From Candidatus Limnocylindria bacterium (GTDB lineage Bacteria; Chloroflexota; Limnocylindria; QHBO01): a stretch of DNA of 35,589 bases. The stretch lies in the NCBI GenBank assembly GCA_039917955.1, contig JBDSIN010000143.1, positions 1 to 35,589 on the forward strand, written 5' to 3'. The notes beneath the pieces are model-generated. The model made no database searches, was not told the origin of the DNA, and was given only the letters and a program-made list of their open reading frames with translations. Each line of letters starts with the position of its first letter. Positions within the stretch are counted from its first letter, which is position 1. This document shows, one piece after another, positions 1 to 7,358 of the stretch. The translations under genes were made by a program, and so were the position numbers.

Positions 1-507
1 GAGCTGTGGCGGGCCGAGGCGCGCCAGCTGCCGCTGCGAACGGAGCCCGTGCAACTCGGAGAGGTGGTTGAGGAAGCAATCGCACGCTTCATGCCGAGCG
101 CGACGGAGCATGGCGTGCGGCTCGAGAGTGCTGTCGCGCCCGGCGCGGTCGCGTTGGCCGATCGGGACCGCGTTGTGCAGATCCTCGGCAACTTCATTTC
201 CAACGCTCTGCGTCACTCGCCGCAGGGCTCAAGTGTCCTCATCGGAGCCAGCCGGACCGGTTCCCTCGTCGAGCTCTCGGTGCGGGACGCAGGGCCAGGA
301 CTCAGCGCCGAGCAGCTCGGGCAGGTCTTTGAGCGCTTCTACCGTCTCGACGCTGCGCGATCCCGCGGCGAGGGGGGAGCCGGCATCGGTCTCGCCATCG
401 TGCGGGCGCTGGCCGAGGCGATGGGGGGCCGCGCCTGGGCCGAGAGTCATGGGAGCGGCGACGGCTCGACCTTCAGAGTGTCTCTGCCCGCAGCAGCGAG
501 CCCGTAG
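1..507 (+). CDS. Sensor histidine kinase, C-terminal fragment (5' end outside window)
   Basis: Frame 1 is open from nt 1. HATPase_c boxes are present (ILGNFISNALRHSP, RDAGPGL, GGAGIGLAIVRALAEAMGG). TAG at 505-507. Confidence 0.85.
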   Translation, partial: ELWRAEARQLPLRTEPVQLGEVVEEAIARFMPSATEHGVRLESAVAPGAVALADRDRVVQILGNFISNALRHSPQGSSVLIGASRTGSLVELSVRDAGPGLSAEQLGQVFERFYRLDAARSRGEGGAGIGLAIVRALAEAMGGRAWAESHGSGDGSTFRVSLPAAASP

Positions 508-568
508 GCGACACTCCGCGGGGCCGCACCGAAGCGCGGATACCGACAGCTGCAGCAGGACCCGCGGC

Positions 569-619
569 CTTGAGCGAATCTTGAGATGAACTTGCCTCCA
601 GTCCGCATTGCGTCTTGAG
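569..619. promoter_or_regulatory. Phased direct repeats CTTGAG / CTTGAG / CTTGCC (11-nt period) plus CTTGAG at 614
   Basis: cCTTGAGcgaatCTTGAGatgaaCTTGCCtcc at 569/580/591. The complement reads CTCAAG, so it is related to the CTCAG boxes elsewhere but in the opposite orientation. It lies between the kinase stop and the SHOCT operon. Confidence 0.35.
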
Positions 620-671
620 CGGCGGCGCCTACGGTGGTGACATCGGAACGCGTAGACGGAGGCAGCAGTCG

Positions 672-896
672 ATGATGGACGGGGCCTGGGGAATGACACT
701 GGGCGGCGGGATCTGGATGGTCATCTGGGTTGGCGCCCTGCTCCTGATGGTCGGGCTGCTGGTCGCCGGCGGGCGTCGCGTCGAGCGTGACGACCCGCTC
801 GACATCCTGCGCGGCCGGTACGCACGTGGAGAGATCAGTGAAGCGGAGTACCGCCACGCGCGGGAGCTCCTCAGCGAGCCAGGAGGCAACAGGTGA
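672..896 (+). CDS. SHOCT-domain membrane protein
   Basis: One TM helix (IWMVIWVGALLLMVGLLVAGG) followed by a SHOCT signature (ILRGRYARGEISEAEYRHARELL). ATG pair at 672/675. The stop overlaps the next start (GTGA). Confidence 0.7.
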   Translation: MMDGAWGMTLGGGIWMVIWVGALLLMVGLLVAGGRRVERDDPLDILRGRYARGEISEAEYRHARELLSEPGGNR

Positions 897-1102
897 GCAA
901 CAGAATCGTCGCGGGCGTCGCGGGCGTGGCCCTTGCGTTGGGCATCGTCGTGGGCGCGGCGGGCGCGATCGTGGTCCAGGACCGAACGACGCCGGGCACG
1001 GCCATCATGAACGGGATGCCGGCAGGCATGGGCGGCTCGATGATGGGCGGCTCGATGATGGGCGCTGGCATGCACGGCCAGTACCGCGGGAGCGATCGAT
1101 GA
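893..1102 (+). CDS. Small membrane protein with Met/Gly-rich tail (putative Cu(I)-binding tract)
   Basis: GTG at 893 lies 6 nt after AGGAGG. One TM helix, then MNGMPAGMGGSMMGGSMMGAGMHG. ATGA overlap with the next gene. Confidence 0.55.
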   Translation: MSNRIVAGVAGVALALGIVVGAAGAIVVQDRTTPGTAIMNGMPAGMGGSMMGGSMMGAGMHGQYRGSDR

Positions 1103-1572
1103 GCCGTCGGCGCGACACAGGCCGGCCGCAGCGGCACCGCGAGGAGCCGATCAGCGAGCAGCCGCCGCTCTGGCGCTACGGGCTGGCCGCGGTGGTGGTT
1201 GCAGGCGTGCTCGGTATCGGCGTCTACTTCGGCTTCAGCGACTTCTTCGGCAGACCGGATGCGGCAACTGCAGCTGTCATGCCGGTGCGCATGAGCATGG
1301 CCGGCTTCGAACCGCAGGTTATCACCGGCAAGGTCGGCGAGGCGTTGGAGGTTGAACTGTGGACCACCGATGCCGCCGTGCATCTCCAGGGCGGAGTGCA
1401 CACCCTCATCAGCGATGAACTGCGGGTCTACGTAGAGTTGCCGGCTGAGTCACGGCGCACGGTGACGCTGCAGATGCCCGCCACGCCTGGCGAGTACGAC
1501 ATCTATTGCGACACCTGCTGCGGCGGTAAGGAGAGCCCGACGATGCACGGCACCCTGCTGGTTGAGGCGTAG
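1099..1572 (+). CDS. Membrane-anchored cupredoxin-like (Cupredoxin_1/EfeO-N-like) protein with C-terminal YCDTCCGGKESPTMHG motif
   Basis: ATG at 1099 (ATGA coupling). TM helix LAAVVVAGVLGIGVYFGF. Beta-sandwich pattern MAGFEPQVITGKVGEALEVEL...PGEYDIYCDTCCGG...MHGTLLVEA. Paralog at 11753-12244. Confidence 0.75.
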   Translation: MSRRRDTGRPQRHREEPISEQPPLWRYGLAAVVVAGVLGIGVYFGFSDFFGRPDAATAAVMPVRMSMAGFEPQVITGKVGEALEVELWTTDAAVHLQGGVHTLISDELRVYVELPAESRRTVTLQMPATPGEYDIYCDTCCGGKESPTMHGTLLVEA

Positions 1573-1573
1573 G

Positions 1574-2449
1574 ATGGCGCTGCCCGTCGACGGCCCGGCC
1601 GGGGCTCCCCCGAGTCCGGGCGTGTCCCGCCTTGCCTGGATCGATCTGCCACCGCCTGCGCTCGCGCTTGCCGGTGCACTGGGGCTCGTGGCCGTGATCG
1701 CAAGCGCCGTCATCGTCGCGTCGCCCTTCGAGGCCGCCGCCTTCGGGGGCCTGACCGTCCCGACGGTCCTGGGGGCGGGCGTGCTCGATGGGCTCAACCC
1801 GTGTGCCTTCGCCCTGCTCGTCCTGTTCGCCACGTACACGCTGACCCTGGTCAACGCCGTGACCGCGTCCGGCGATCCGACCGCGCTGGCCCGCAGACGT
1901 CTGCTGGGCGCCGGTTCGCTGTATGTCGGGGCCGTCTGGATCACCTACTTCCTCGTCGGCCTCGGGCTGTTCACCTTCCTGGCCTGGCTCGGTGAGGATC
2001 ACCTGGTCACCCGTGTCGCCGCGGTGCTGGCCCTGCTGATGGGTCTGTGGATGGTCAAGGACGTCCTGTTCCCGCGGTTCGGTCCGGCTCTGGCGGCTCC
2101 TCAGGCCACCCATGGCTGGATGCACAGGGCCATGGAGCGCGGCGGGCTTGGCGGGATGTTGCTGGCCGGCGTCCTGGTGGGCCTATGCACCGTGCCCTGC
2201 TCGGGGGCGATCTACCTGGCCATCGTGGCGGTTCTGCATGCCTCCGGCGGAGGTGCCACCGGCTTGGCGCTGCTGGCGCTTTACAACCTGGCCTACATCG
2301 TCCCGCTGGTGGTCCTGCTGGCTGTGGTCAGCAATCGCCGGGTACTGGGCCGGATGGGCCGGTGGAACCGGGCCAACTCACCGTGGGTCAGGGTGGGTCT
2401 GGCCGCCGCAGTCATCGTCATGAGCCTCGGCCTGCTGATCACGCTGTAG
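1574..2449 (+). CDS. CcdA/DsbD-family (DsbD_2) transmembrane thiol:disulfide or metal transporter
   Basis: Polytopic protein with the two hallmark Cys motifs, LDGLNPCAF and LCTVPCSGAIYL. ATG lies 2 nt after the upstream stop. Paralog at 12241-13113. Confidence 0.8.
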   Translation: MALPVDGPAGAPPSPGVSRLAWIDLPPPALALAGALGLVAVIASAVIVASPFEAAAFGGLTVPTVLGAGVLDGLNPCAFALLVLFATYTLTLVNAVTASGDPTALARRRLLGAGSLYVGAVWITYFLVGLGLFTFLAWLGEDHLVTRVAAVLALLMGLWMVKDVLFPRFGPALAAPQATHGWMHRAMERGGLGGMLLAGVLVGLCTVPCSGAIYLAIVAVLHASGGGATGLALLALYNLAYIVPLVVLLAVVSNRRVLGRMGRWNRANSPWVRVGLAAAVIVMSLGLLITL

Positions 2450-2541
2450 GACAGGCGACGCTTCCTGGGCTTGGCCGGACAGCGTACGCACGCCCTCCGC
2501 GAACAGGCACAACGGGTTCTCGCGCCTGTGACGCTGGCTTG

Positions 2542-2568
2542 CTCACGAAGGCCTCATCTCGTTCTCAG
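2542..2568 (+). promoter_or_regulatory. Phased CTCA box (site S1), upstream of the response-regulator operon
   Basis: CTCACgaaggcCTCATctcgttCTCAG, with repeat starts at 2542/2553/2564 (exact 11-nt period). Confidence 0.45.
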
Positions 2569-2697
2569 CATACGAGGCAAGAGTGGTTTGCCGGGGAATC
2601 GGTCGTCGCGTAAGGTCGTAAGTAGGGCGAAGCCCTACGATGGGCGCGTCATGAGCGACATGCCGGCCATGGGCAACTACGGGAGAACTCCACCGCC

Positions 2698-3378
2698 ATG
2701 AGTGAGGCCGCGCGCATCCTGGTCATCGACGACGATCCCAAGATCAGGGCGGTCGTGCGCCGCGGCCTGGCCTACGAGGGCTATCGCGTGGTCGAGGCGG
2801 GCAGCGGGGAGGAGGGGCTCGAGAAGGCCCGCGAGCATCTACCGGACCTGGTCGTCCTCGACATCATGCTGCCGGGCATGGACGGGTTGGAGGTCACGCG
2901 CCGACTGCGCTCTGCCGGTGACCAGGTCGCGATCCTGATGCTGACGGCGCGCGACCAGGTGACCGACCGGGTCGAGGGCTTGGAGACCGGCGCCGACGAC
3001 TACCTCGTCAAGCCGTTCAGCTTCGAGGAGCTTCTGGCCCGTGTCCATGCCCTGCTGCGGCGGCGAACCAGCCCCGCCGGCGAGACCCTGCGCTTCGCCG
3101 ACCTTGAGCTGGACGTCGACGCGCGCGAGGCACGCCGTGGCGCCCGCGTCGTCGAGTTGACCACCACCGAGTTCAACCTGCTCCTGCTGCTTCTGCGCCA
3201 CCCGCGCAAGGTGCTGACCCGCGACATCATCATGGAGCACGTATGGGCGTACGACTTCGACGGCGAGTCGAACGTACTGGAGGTATATGTTCGCTACCTG
3301 CGCAACAAGCTGGAAGCGAATGGCGAGTCCCGCCTGATCCAGACCGTCCGCGGGGCTGGCTACGTCCTCAAGGAGTGA
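2698..3378 (+). CDS. OmpR/PhoB-family response regulator
   Basis: Receiver domain (ILVIDDD...[13 protein letters not shown]...KPF) plus winged-helix output domain ([22 protein letters not shown]...VRGAGYVL). Confidence 0.95.
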   Translation: MSEAARILVIDDDPKIRAVVRRGLAYEGYRVVEAGSGEEGLEKAREHLPDLVVLDIMLPGMDGLEVTRRLRSAGDQVAILMLTARDQVTDRVEGLETGADDYLVKPFSFEELLARVHALLRRRTSPAGETLRFADLELDVDAREARRGARVVELTTTEFNLLLLLLRHPRKVLTRDIIMEHVWAYDFDGESNVLEVYVRYLRNKLEANGESRLIQTVRGAGYVLKE

Positions 3379-4784
3379 TGCTCCTCCAGCGTCGGCGGCC
3401 AATCCGGACCCGGCTTGCGTTGATCTATGCCGGACTCCTTGCCGGCGCGCTCCTCGTCTTCGGCATTGGTGTCTTCGTCGTGCTGCGTGACGAGCTCGAG
3501 CGCTCGTTCGACGCCGCCCTGTTCGCGAATACGGAGCACGCCGCCGGCGCCTTCGCCCAGGATATCGACGCCGAGGGCCGCCTGAGCCCATCCGAGCGTC
3601 TCATCGAGCAGTTTGCCTCGACAGGCGGCCGCGTGCTGGTCCTTGATCTGGACGGCGGTGTGCTGGCCGATTCGGCGCCATCAGACTCCGGCAGGCTGCC
3701 ATTCACGCCCGACGACCTGGCCAGCGCCGACCACCACGCGCACGCGGTGCGCGAGCTCGCTGTCGACGATGACATCGTCCGGCTCTCCGTTGAGCCCGTG
3801 ATGCTCCCGAACGGGCAGGTCATCGGCTACGTGGCCTGGGCCGACTCGACGAGACCCTTGCGCGACCTGCTAGCGACTGTCGGCGGCGCGCTCGTAGTGG
3901 CCGGCCTGCTGGTGACCAGCCTGGCCATGATTGGCGGGCTCGCCCTCGCACGCCGCGCCCTGGCGCCGGTCGCCGACGTAACCGAGACGGCACGGGCGAT
4001 CTCGCTGTCGGGCGATTTCGCGGCTCGGGTCGACGCGGGCTCGCCGACAGACGAGGTTGGCGAGCTGGCAATTGCCTTCAACGAGATGCTCTCGGCGCTC
4101 GAGCAGAATCATCAGGCTCTGCAGCGCTTCCTCGGGGACGCGTCACACCAGTTGCGCACGCCGCTCACCACGATCCGAGCCAATTTGGACCTCGCGCAGC
4201 GGTCCGGGCTGCCGACGGAAGAGCGCCTCGCCATCCTCGCCGATGCCCGCGACGAGGCGGAACGGATGGGTCGCCTCGTCGGCGACCTTCTCTCGTTGGC
4301 CCGCGCTGAGTCCGGTGTACGGATCCGGGTTGAAGCGGTGGAACTCGACGCACTGCTGGTGGAGTCCGTCCGTCGACAGCGCGAGGCAGCCCCGCATGTG
4401 CGCATGAGCGTGGCCGCCGTTGAGCCTGCCATCGTCGACGGCGATCGCGACCGGCTGCACGAGCTGATCGGGATTCTTCTCGACAACGCGGCGCGCTACA
4501 CGCCGGCGGGAGGCAGCGTCGCGGTCAGACTCGCGGTGCGGGACGGGCGCGCGATCGTCCGGGTGGAAGACAGCGGCATCGGTCTCGACGAGCAGGACCG
4601 CGAGAGGGCCTTCGAGCGGTTGTACCGCGGATCGCGTGCTCGCGACCTGCGTCCGGGTGGCACGGGTCTGGGCCTGGCGATCGCACGCTGGATCGTTGAG
4701 TCACATGCCGGCACGATCGAGCTCACCGATCGCGAGGGCGGCGGAACGGTGGCGATCGTGACGCTGCCGATGCGTGCGTTGTGA
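3378..4784 (+). CDS. Sensor histidine kinase (2 TM, about 140-aa extracytoplasmic loop, HAMP, HisKA, HATPase_c)
   Basis: TGATG overlap with the regulator gene. H-box SHQLRTPLT, N-box LLDNAARYTP, G-boxes DSGIGL and GGTGLGLAI. The sensor loop contains DHHAHAV. Confidence 0.9.
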   Translation: MLLQRRRPIRTRLALIYAGLLAGALLVFGIGVFVVLRDELERSFDAALFANTEHAAGAFAQDIDAEGRLSPSERLIEQFASTGGRVLVLDLDGGVLADSAPSDSGRLPFTPDDLASADHHAHAVRELAVDDDIVRLSVEPVMLPNGQVIGYVAWADSTRPLRDLLATVGGALVVAGLLVTSLAMIGGLALARRALAPVADVTETARAISLSGDFAARVDAGSPTDEVGELAIAFNEMLSALEQNHQALQRFLGDASHQLRTPLTTIRANLDLAQRSGLPTEERLAILADARDEAERMGRLVGDLLSLARAESGVRIRVEAVELDALLVESVRRQREAAPHVRMSVAAVEPAIVDGDRDRLHELIGILLDNAARYTPAGGSVAVRLAVRDGRAIVRVEDSGIGLDEQDRERAFERLYRGSRARDLRPGGTGLGLAIARWIVESHAGTIELTDREGGGTVAIVTLPMRAL

Positions 4785-4847
4785 CCGCGACCCGTGTCCT
4801 GGTCGCCGACGACGAGGCGGCCACCGCAGTCGCGGCGTCAGCAATGT

Positions 4848-4874
4848 CTCAGGGAGCGCTCAGATCAGACTCAG
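4848..4874 (+). promoter_or_regulatory. Phased CTCAG box (site S2), upstream of the HMA-like/ABC operon
   Basis: CTCAGggagcgCTCAGatcagaCTCAG, three perfect pentamers at 4848/4859/4870. The ATG at 4897 is 27 nt from the third repeat start. Confidence 0.5.
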
Positions 4875-4896
4875 CCTCCGATATGACCCTGCTGGA

Positions 4897-5130
4897 ATGA
4901 ACGCCGGAAGCGCAGTCAGGATCCCCGTCCACGGCCTCGGTTGCGGTGGCGGCGGCGCGACGACGATCGAGCGCGAGCTGGCCCGTGCGGCCGGCGTTTT
5001 GCGGTCGTACGTCAACCCGGCCACCGAGACGGCGTACATCGAATACGACCCCGTCCAGACCGACGCCGGGCGCCTGGCGCAGGTTATCGAGCACGCGGGC
5101 TACCGACCCGGACCCGCGTCGGAGGCGTGA
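4897..5130 (+). CDS. HMA-fold (heavy-metal-associated-like) protein with degenerate metal loop
   Basis: Ferredoxin-like HMA pattern VRIPVHGLGCGGGGATTIERELARAAGVLRSYVNPATETAYIEYDP...VIEHAGY. The usual GMTCxxC loop is replaced by GLGCGGGG, leaving a single Cys. Confidence 0.7.
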   Translation: MNAGSAVRIPVHGLGCGGGGATTIERELARAAGVLRSYVNPATETAYIEYDPVQTDAGRLAQVIEHAGYRPGPASEA

Positions 5131-5133
5131 GCG

Positions 5134-6231
5134 GTGCTTCTGGCCCGCCGCAACCTGCTCCACGACCGAACCCGGTTCGCGCTGAGTGTCCTGGGTGTCG
5201 CCGTCTCGATCGGGCTCATCCTGCTGCTCTCCGGCTATCGTTCGGGCGTCTATCAACAGTCCTCCGCGTACCTCGACAATACGCCCGGCAGTGTGGTGGT
5301 GGCCGAGCGCGGAATCCGCGACTTTCTTGGGACGGCCTCAGTCCTGCCGCCGGGCGCGGAGCAGACCGCCCGCGAGCGCCCCGGTGTCGACGGCGTGATC
5401 CCGGTGGTGTCGCAGTTCGTCATCTTCGAGCGCCACGGCCGCAAGGACGGCTTCTTCCTGATCGGTTACGACCCCGCGGCGGGTGGCGGCCCGTGGCGAC
5501 TGGTCGACGGGCGCGAACCGGCCGCTGACGACGAGCTGGTCATCGACCGCACGACGGCCGCCCAGCACGAGATCGCCATCGGAGATCAGGTCCGGGTGCT
5601 GGACCGCGACGCGACCGTGGTCGGCCTATCGGATGAGACGACCTTCTGGGCCGGCTCGGTCGCCTTCGCCCGGATCACCACGCTCGAGTCGTTGCTGCGC
5701 GCTCCGGGCCTGCGCAGCTTCCTGCTTGTGAGCCCGGCCGCCGGGGTGAGCCCGGAAGCGCTCCGCGACCAGCTCGCCCTGCCGGGAACGGAGGTGCTCC
5801 TGAAGAGCGAGATCATCGCCAACGACCGGCAGTTGATGGCGCGGGTGTACGACGCGCCGATCGGGTTGATGGTTGGCATCGCCTTCCTCGTGGGAGTGCT
5901 GGTGGTGGGGCTCGTCATCTATACCGCCACCATCGAGCGACGGCGGGAGTACGGGGCGGTCAAGGCCATCGGCGCCAGCAACCGGACACTGTACCGGGTG
6001 GTGACCACGCAGGCGCTTATCGCGACGGTCGCCGGAGCGGTAGTCGGGGTAGGGCTGGCCTACGGCGGCGGTGCCGCGCTGATGACCTGGCGGCCGCAGT
6101 TCCTGGTGGCCATCGAGCCGGCCGCCGTCGGCGTCGTCCTGGGCAGCAGCCTGCTGATGGCGCTGCTGGCCGCCCTGATCCCGGCCCGGGCGATGGCCCG
6201 CCTGGAGCCGGCCGAGGTCTTCCGGGGATGA
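5134..6231 (+). CDS. FtsX/MacB-type ABC permease (half-transporter 1)
   Basis: N-terminal ARRNLLHDRTRFALSVLGVAVS helix, a large extracytoplasmic loop and a C-terminal FtsX bundle (ERRREYGAVKAIGASNRTLY). GTG lies 8 nt after GGAGG. Confidence 0.85.
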   Translation: MLLARRNLLHDRTRFALSVLGVAVSIGLILLLSGYRSGVYQQSSAYLDNTPGSVVVAERGIRDFLGTASVLPPGAEQTARERPGVDGVIPVVSQFVIFERHGRKDGFFLIGYDPAAGGGPWRLVDGREPAADDELVIDRTTAAQHEIAIGDQVRVLDRDATVVGLSDETTFWAGSVAFARITTLESLLRAPGLRSFLLVSPAAGVSPEALRDQLALPGTEVLLKSEIIANDRQLMARVYDAPIGLMVGIAFLVGVLVVGLVIYTATIERRREYGAVKAIGASNRTLYRVVTTQALIATVAGAVVGVGLAYGGGAALMTWRPQFLVAIEPAAVGVVLGSSLLMALLAALIPARAMARLEPAEVFRG

Positions 6232-7358
6232 GCGCAGCGTGGGTCCTGGCCCGTCGCAACCTGGCCGGCAACCGGGTCCGGCTGCTGGTCTCGGTCGGTA
6301 GCGTCGCCCTCGCCCTGTCGCTGACGATCGCGTTCGACGCGATCTTCGCCGGGGTCGCGAACCAGCTGACGAAATATGTCGATCGGGCCGGCGCGGACGT
6401 GTGGGTCGCCCAGGCCGGCGTGCGCAACCTCCACATGGTGGCCTCCTGGCTGCCCGCCTCGGTGACCGGTGCCGTCAATGCCGTCGACGGCGTGGCCGAA
6501 GTGACCCCCATCCTGTACTCGACCGATACCATCGCCGCCGGCAACGATCGAGCGGTCGCGTACGTCATCGGGCTGCCGGCCGACGCGGCCATGGGCATGC
6601 CGTGGAACGTCGTCGACGGAGCGGACCGACCAGGCCCCGGCGAGGTGATCGTCGACCGCGGCTTCGCCAGCAAGGCCGGCGTCTCCATCGGCGATGACGT
6701 CACCGTCCTCGGCGGCGAGGCGCGGGTGGTCGGCCTGTCGAGCGGAACGGCCAGCCTGGTGAACTCGGTGGCCTTCGTCTCGTTCGAGGACTTTCAGACC
6801 ATGCGCGGCGGCGCCCCGGTCGTGAGCTTCGTCCTGGTCAGGGTCGTTTCCGGCGCCTCGCCGCAGGAAGTCGCCGCCGAGATCGAGCGCGTGGTCCCGG
6901 GTGTGACCGCCCAGTCGCGCGCCGCCTTCGCGGTCGAGGAGCGGCGATTGGTGATGGACATGAGCGCCGACGTCATCGCCATCGTGAACGCCGTGGGCTT
7001 CGCCGTCGGGCTGGCCGTGGTGGCGCTGACCGTCTACGTCGCCACGCTCGCCCGCCGGCGTGAGTACGGTGCCCTCAAGGCGCTCGGCGCGCACAATCGC
7101 TTCCTGTACGGGGTGGTGCTGAGCCAGGCCGTCCTGAGCGTCGCGCTCGGCTTCGTCGTGGGCCTCGCCTTCACCGAACTGATCAGCCTGGCGATTGCAG
7201 GGACCGATCTCAATCTCGAACTTGCCATCAGTGCCCCGTCGCTCGCCAAGGTCGGACTGTTCGCGGCGGTCATCGCCGGTCTCGCCGCGATCCTGCCCAT
7301 CCGCCAGATAGCGAGTCTCGACCCGGCGGTCGTCTTCCGAAAAGGAGCCGCACTGTGA
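6228..7358 (+). CDS. FtsX/MacB-type ABC permease (half-transporter 2)
   Basis: ARRNLAGNRVRLLVSVGSVAL helix and RRREYGALKALGAHNRFLY motif. ATGA overlap upstream and GTGA overlap downstream. Confidence 0.85.
   Translation: MSAAWVLARRNLAGNRVRLLVSVGSVALALSLTIAFDAIFAGVANQLTKYVDRAGADVWVAQAGVRNLHMVASWLPASVTGAVNAVDGVAEVTPILYSTDTIAAGNDRAVAYVIGLPADAAMGMPWNVVDGADRPGPGEVIVDRGFASKAGVSIGDDVTVLGGEARVVGLSSGTASLVNSVAFVSFEDFQTMRGGAPVVSFVLVRVVSGASPQEVAAEIERVVPGVTAQSRAAFAVEERRLVMDMSADVIAIVNAVGFAVGLAVVALTVYVATLARRREYGALKALGAHNRFLYGVVLSQAVLSVALGFVVGLAFTELISLAIAGTDLNLELAISAPSLAKVGLFAAVIAGLAAILPIRQIASLDPAVVFRKGAAL

Noticed and set aside
787-1098. Upstream extensions of track ORFs. Examples are 787-1572, 3243-3377, 4774-4896, 8514-8669, 10313-10555, 11597-11752, 13184-13384, 14091-14741 and 32707-32787.
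   Set aside because: The extensions overlap the preceding genes in another frame and are Arg-rich. Internal ATG/GTG codons with SD motifs or ATGA/GTGA coupling give proteins that start at sensible signal or TM segments.
2651-2701. 16-codon uORF ([16 protein letters not shown]) ending in an ATGA overlap with the response-regulator start, a possible Met-rich leader peptide.
   Set aside because: It has no SD element, is very short and cannot be distinguished from chance. I recorded it only as a curiosity.
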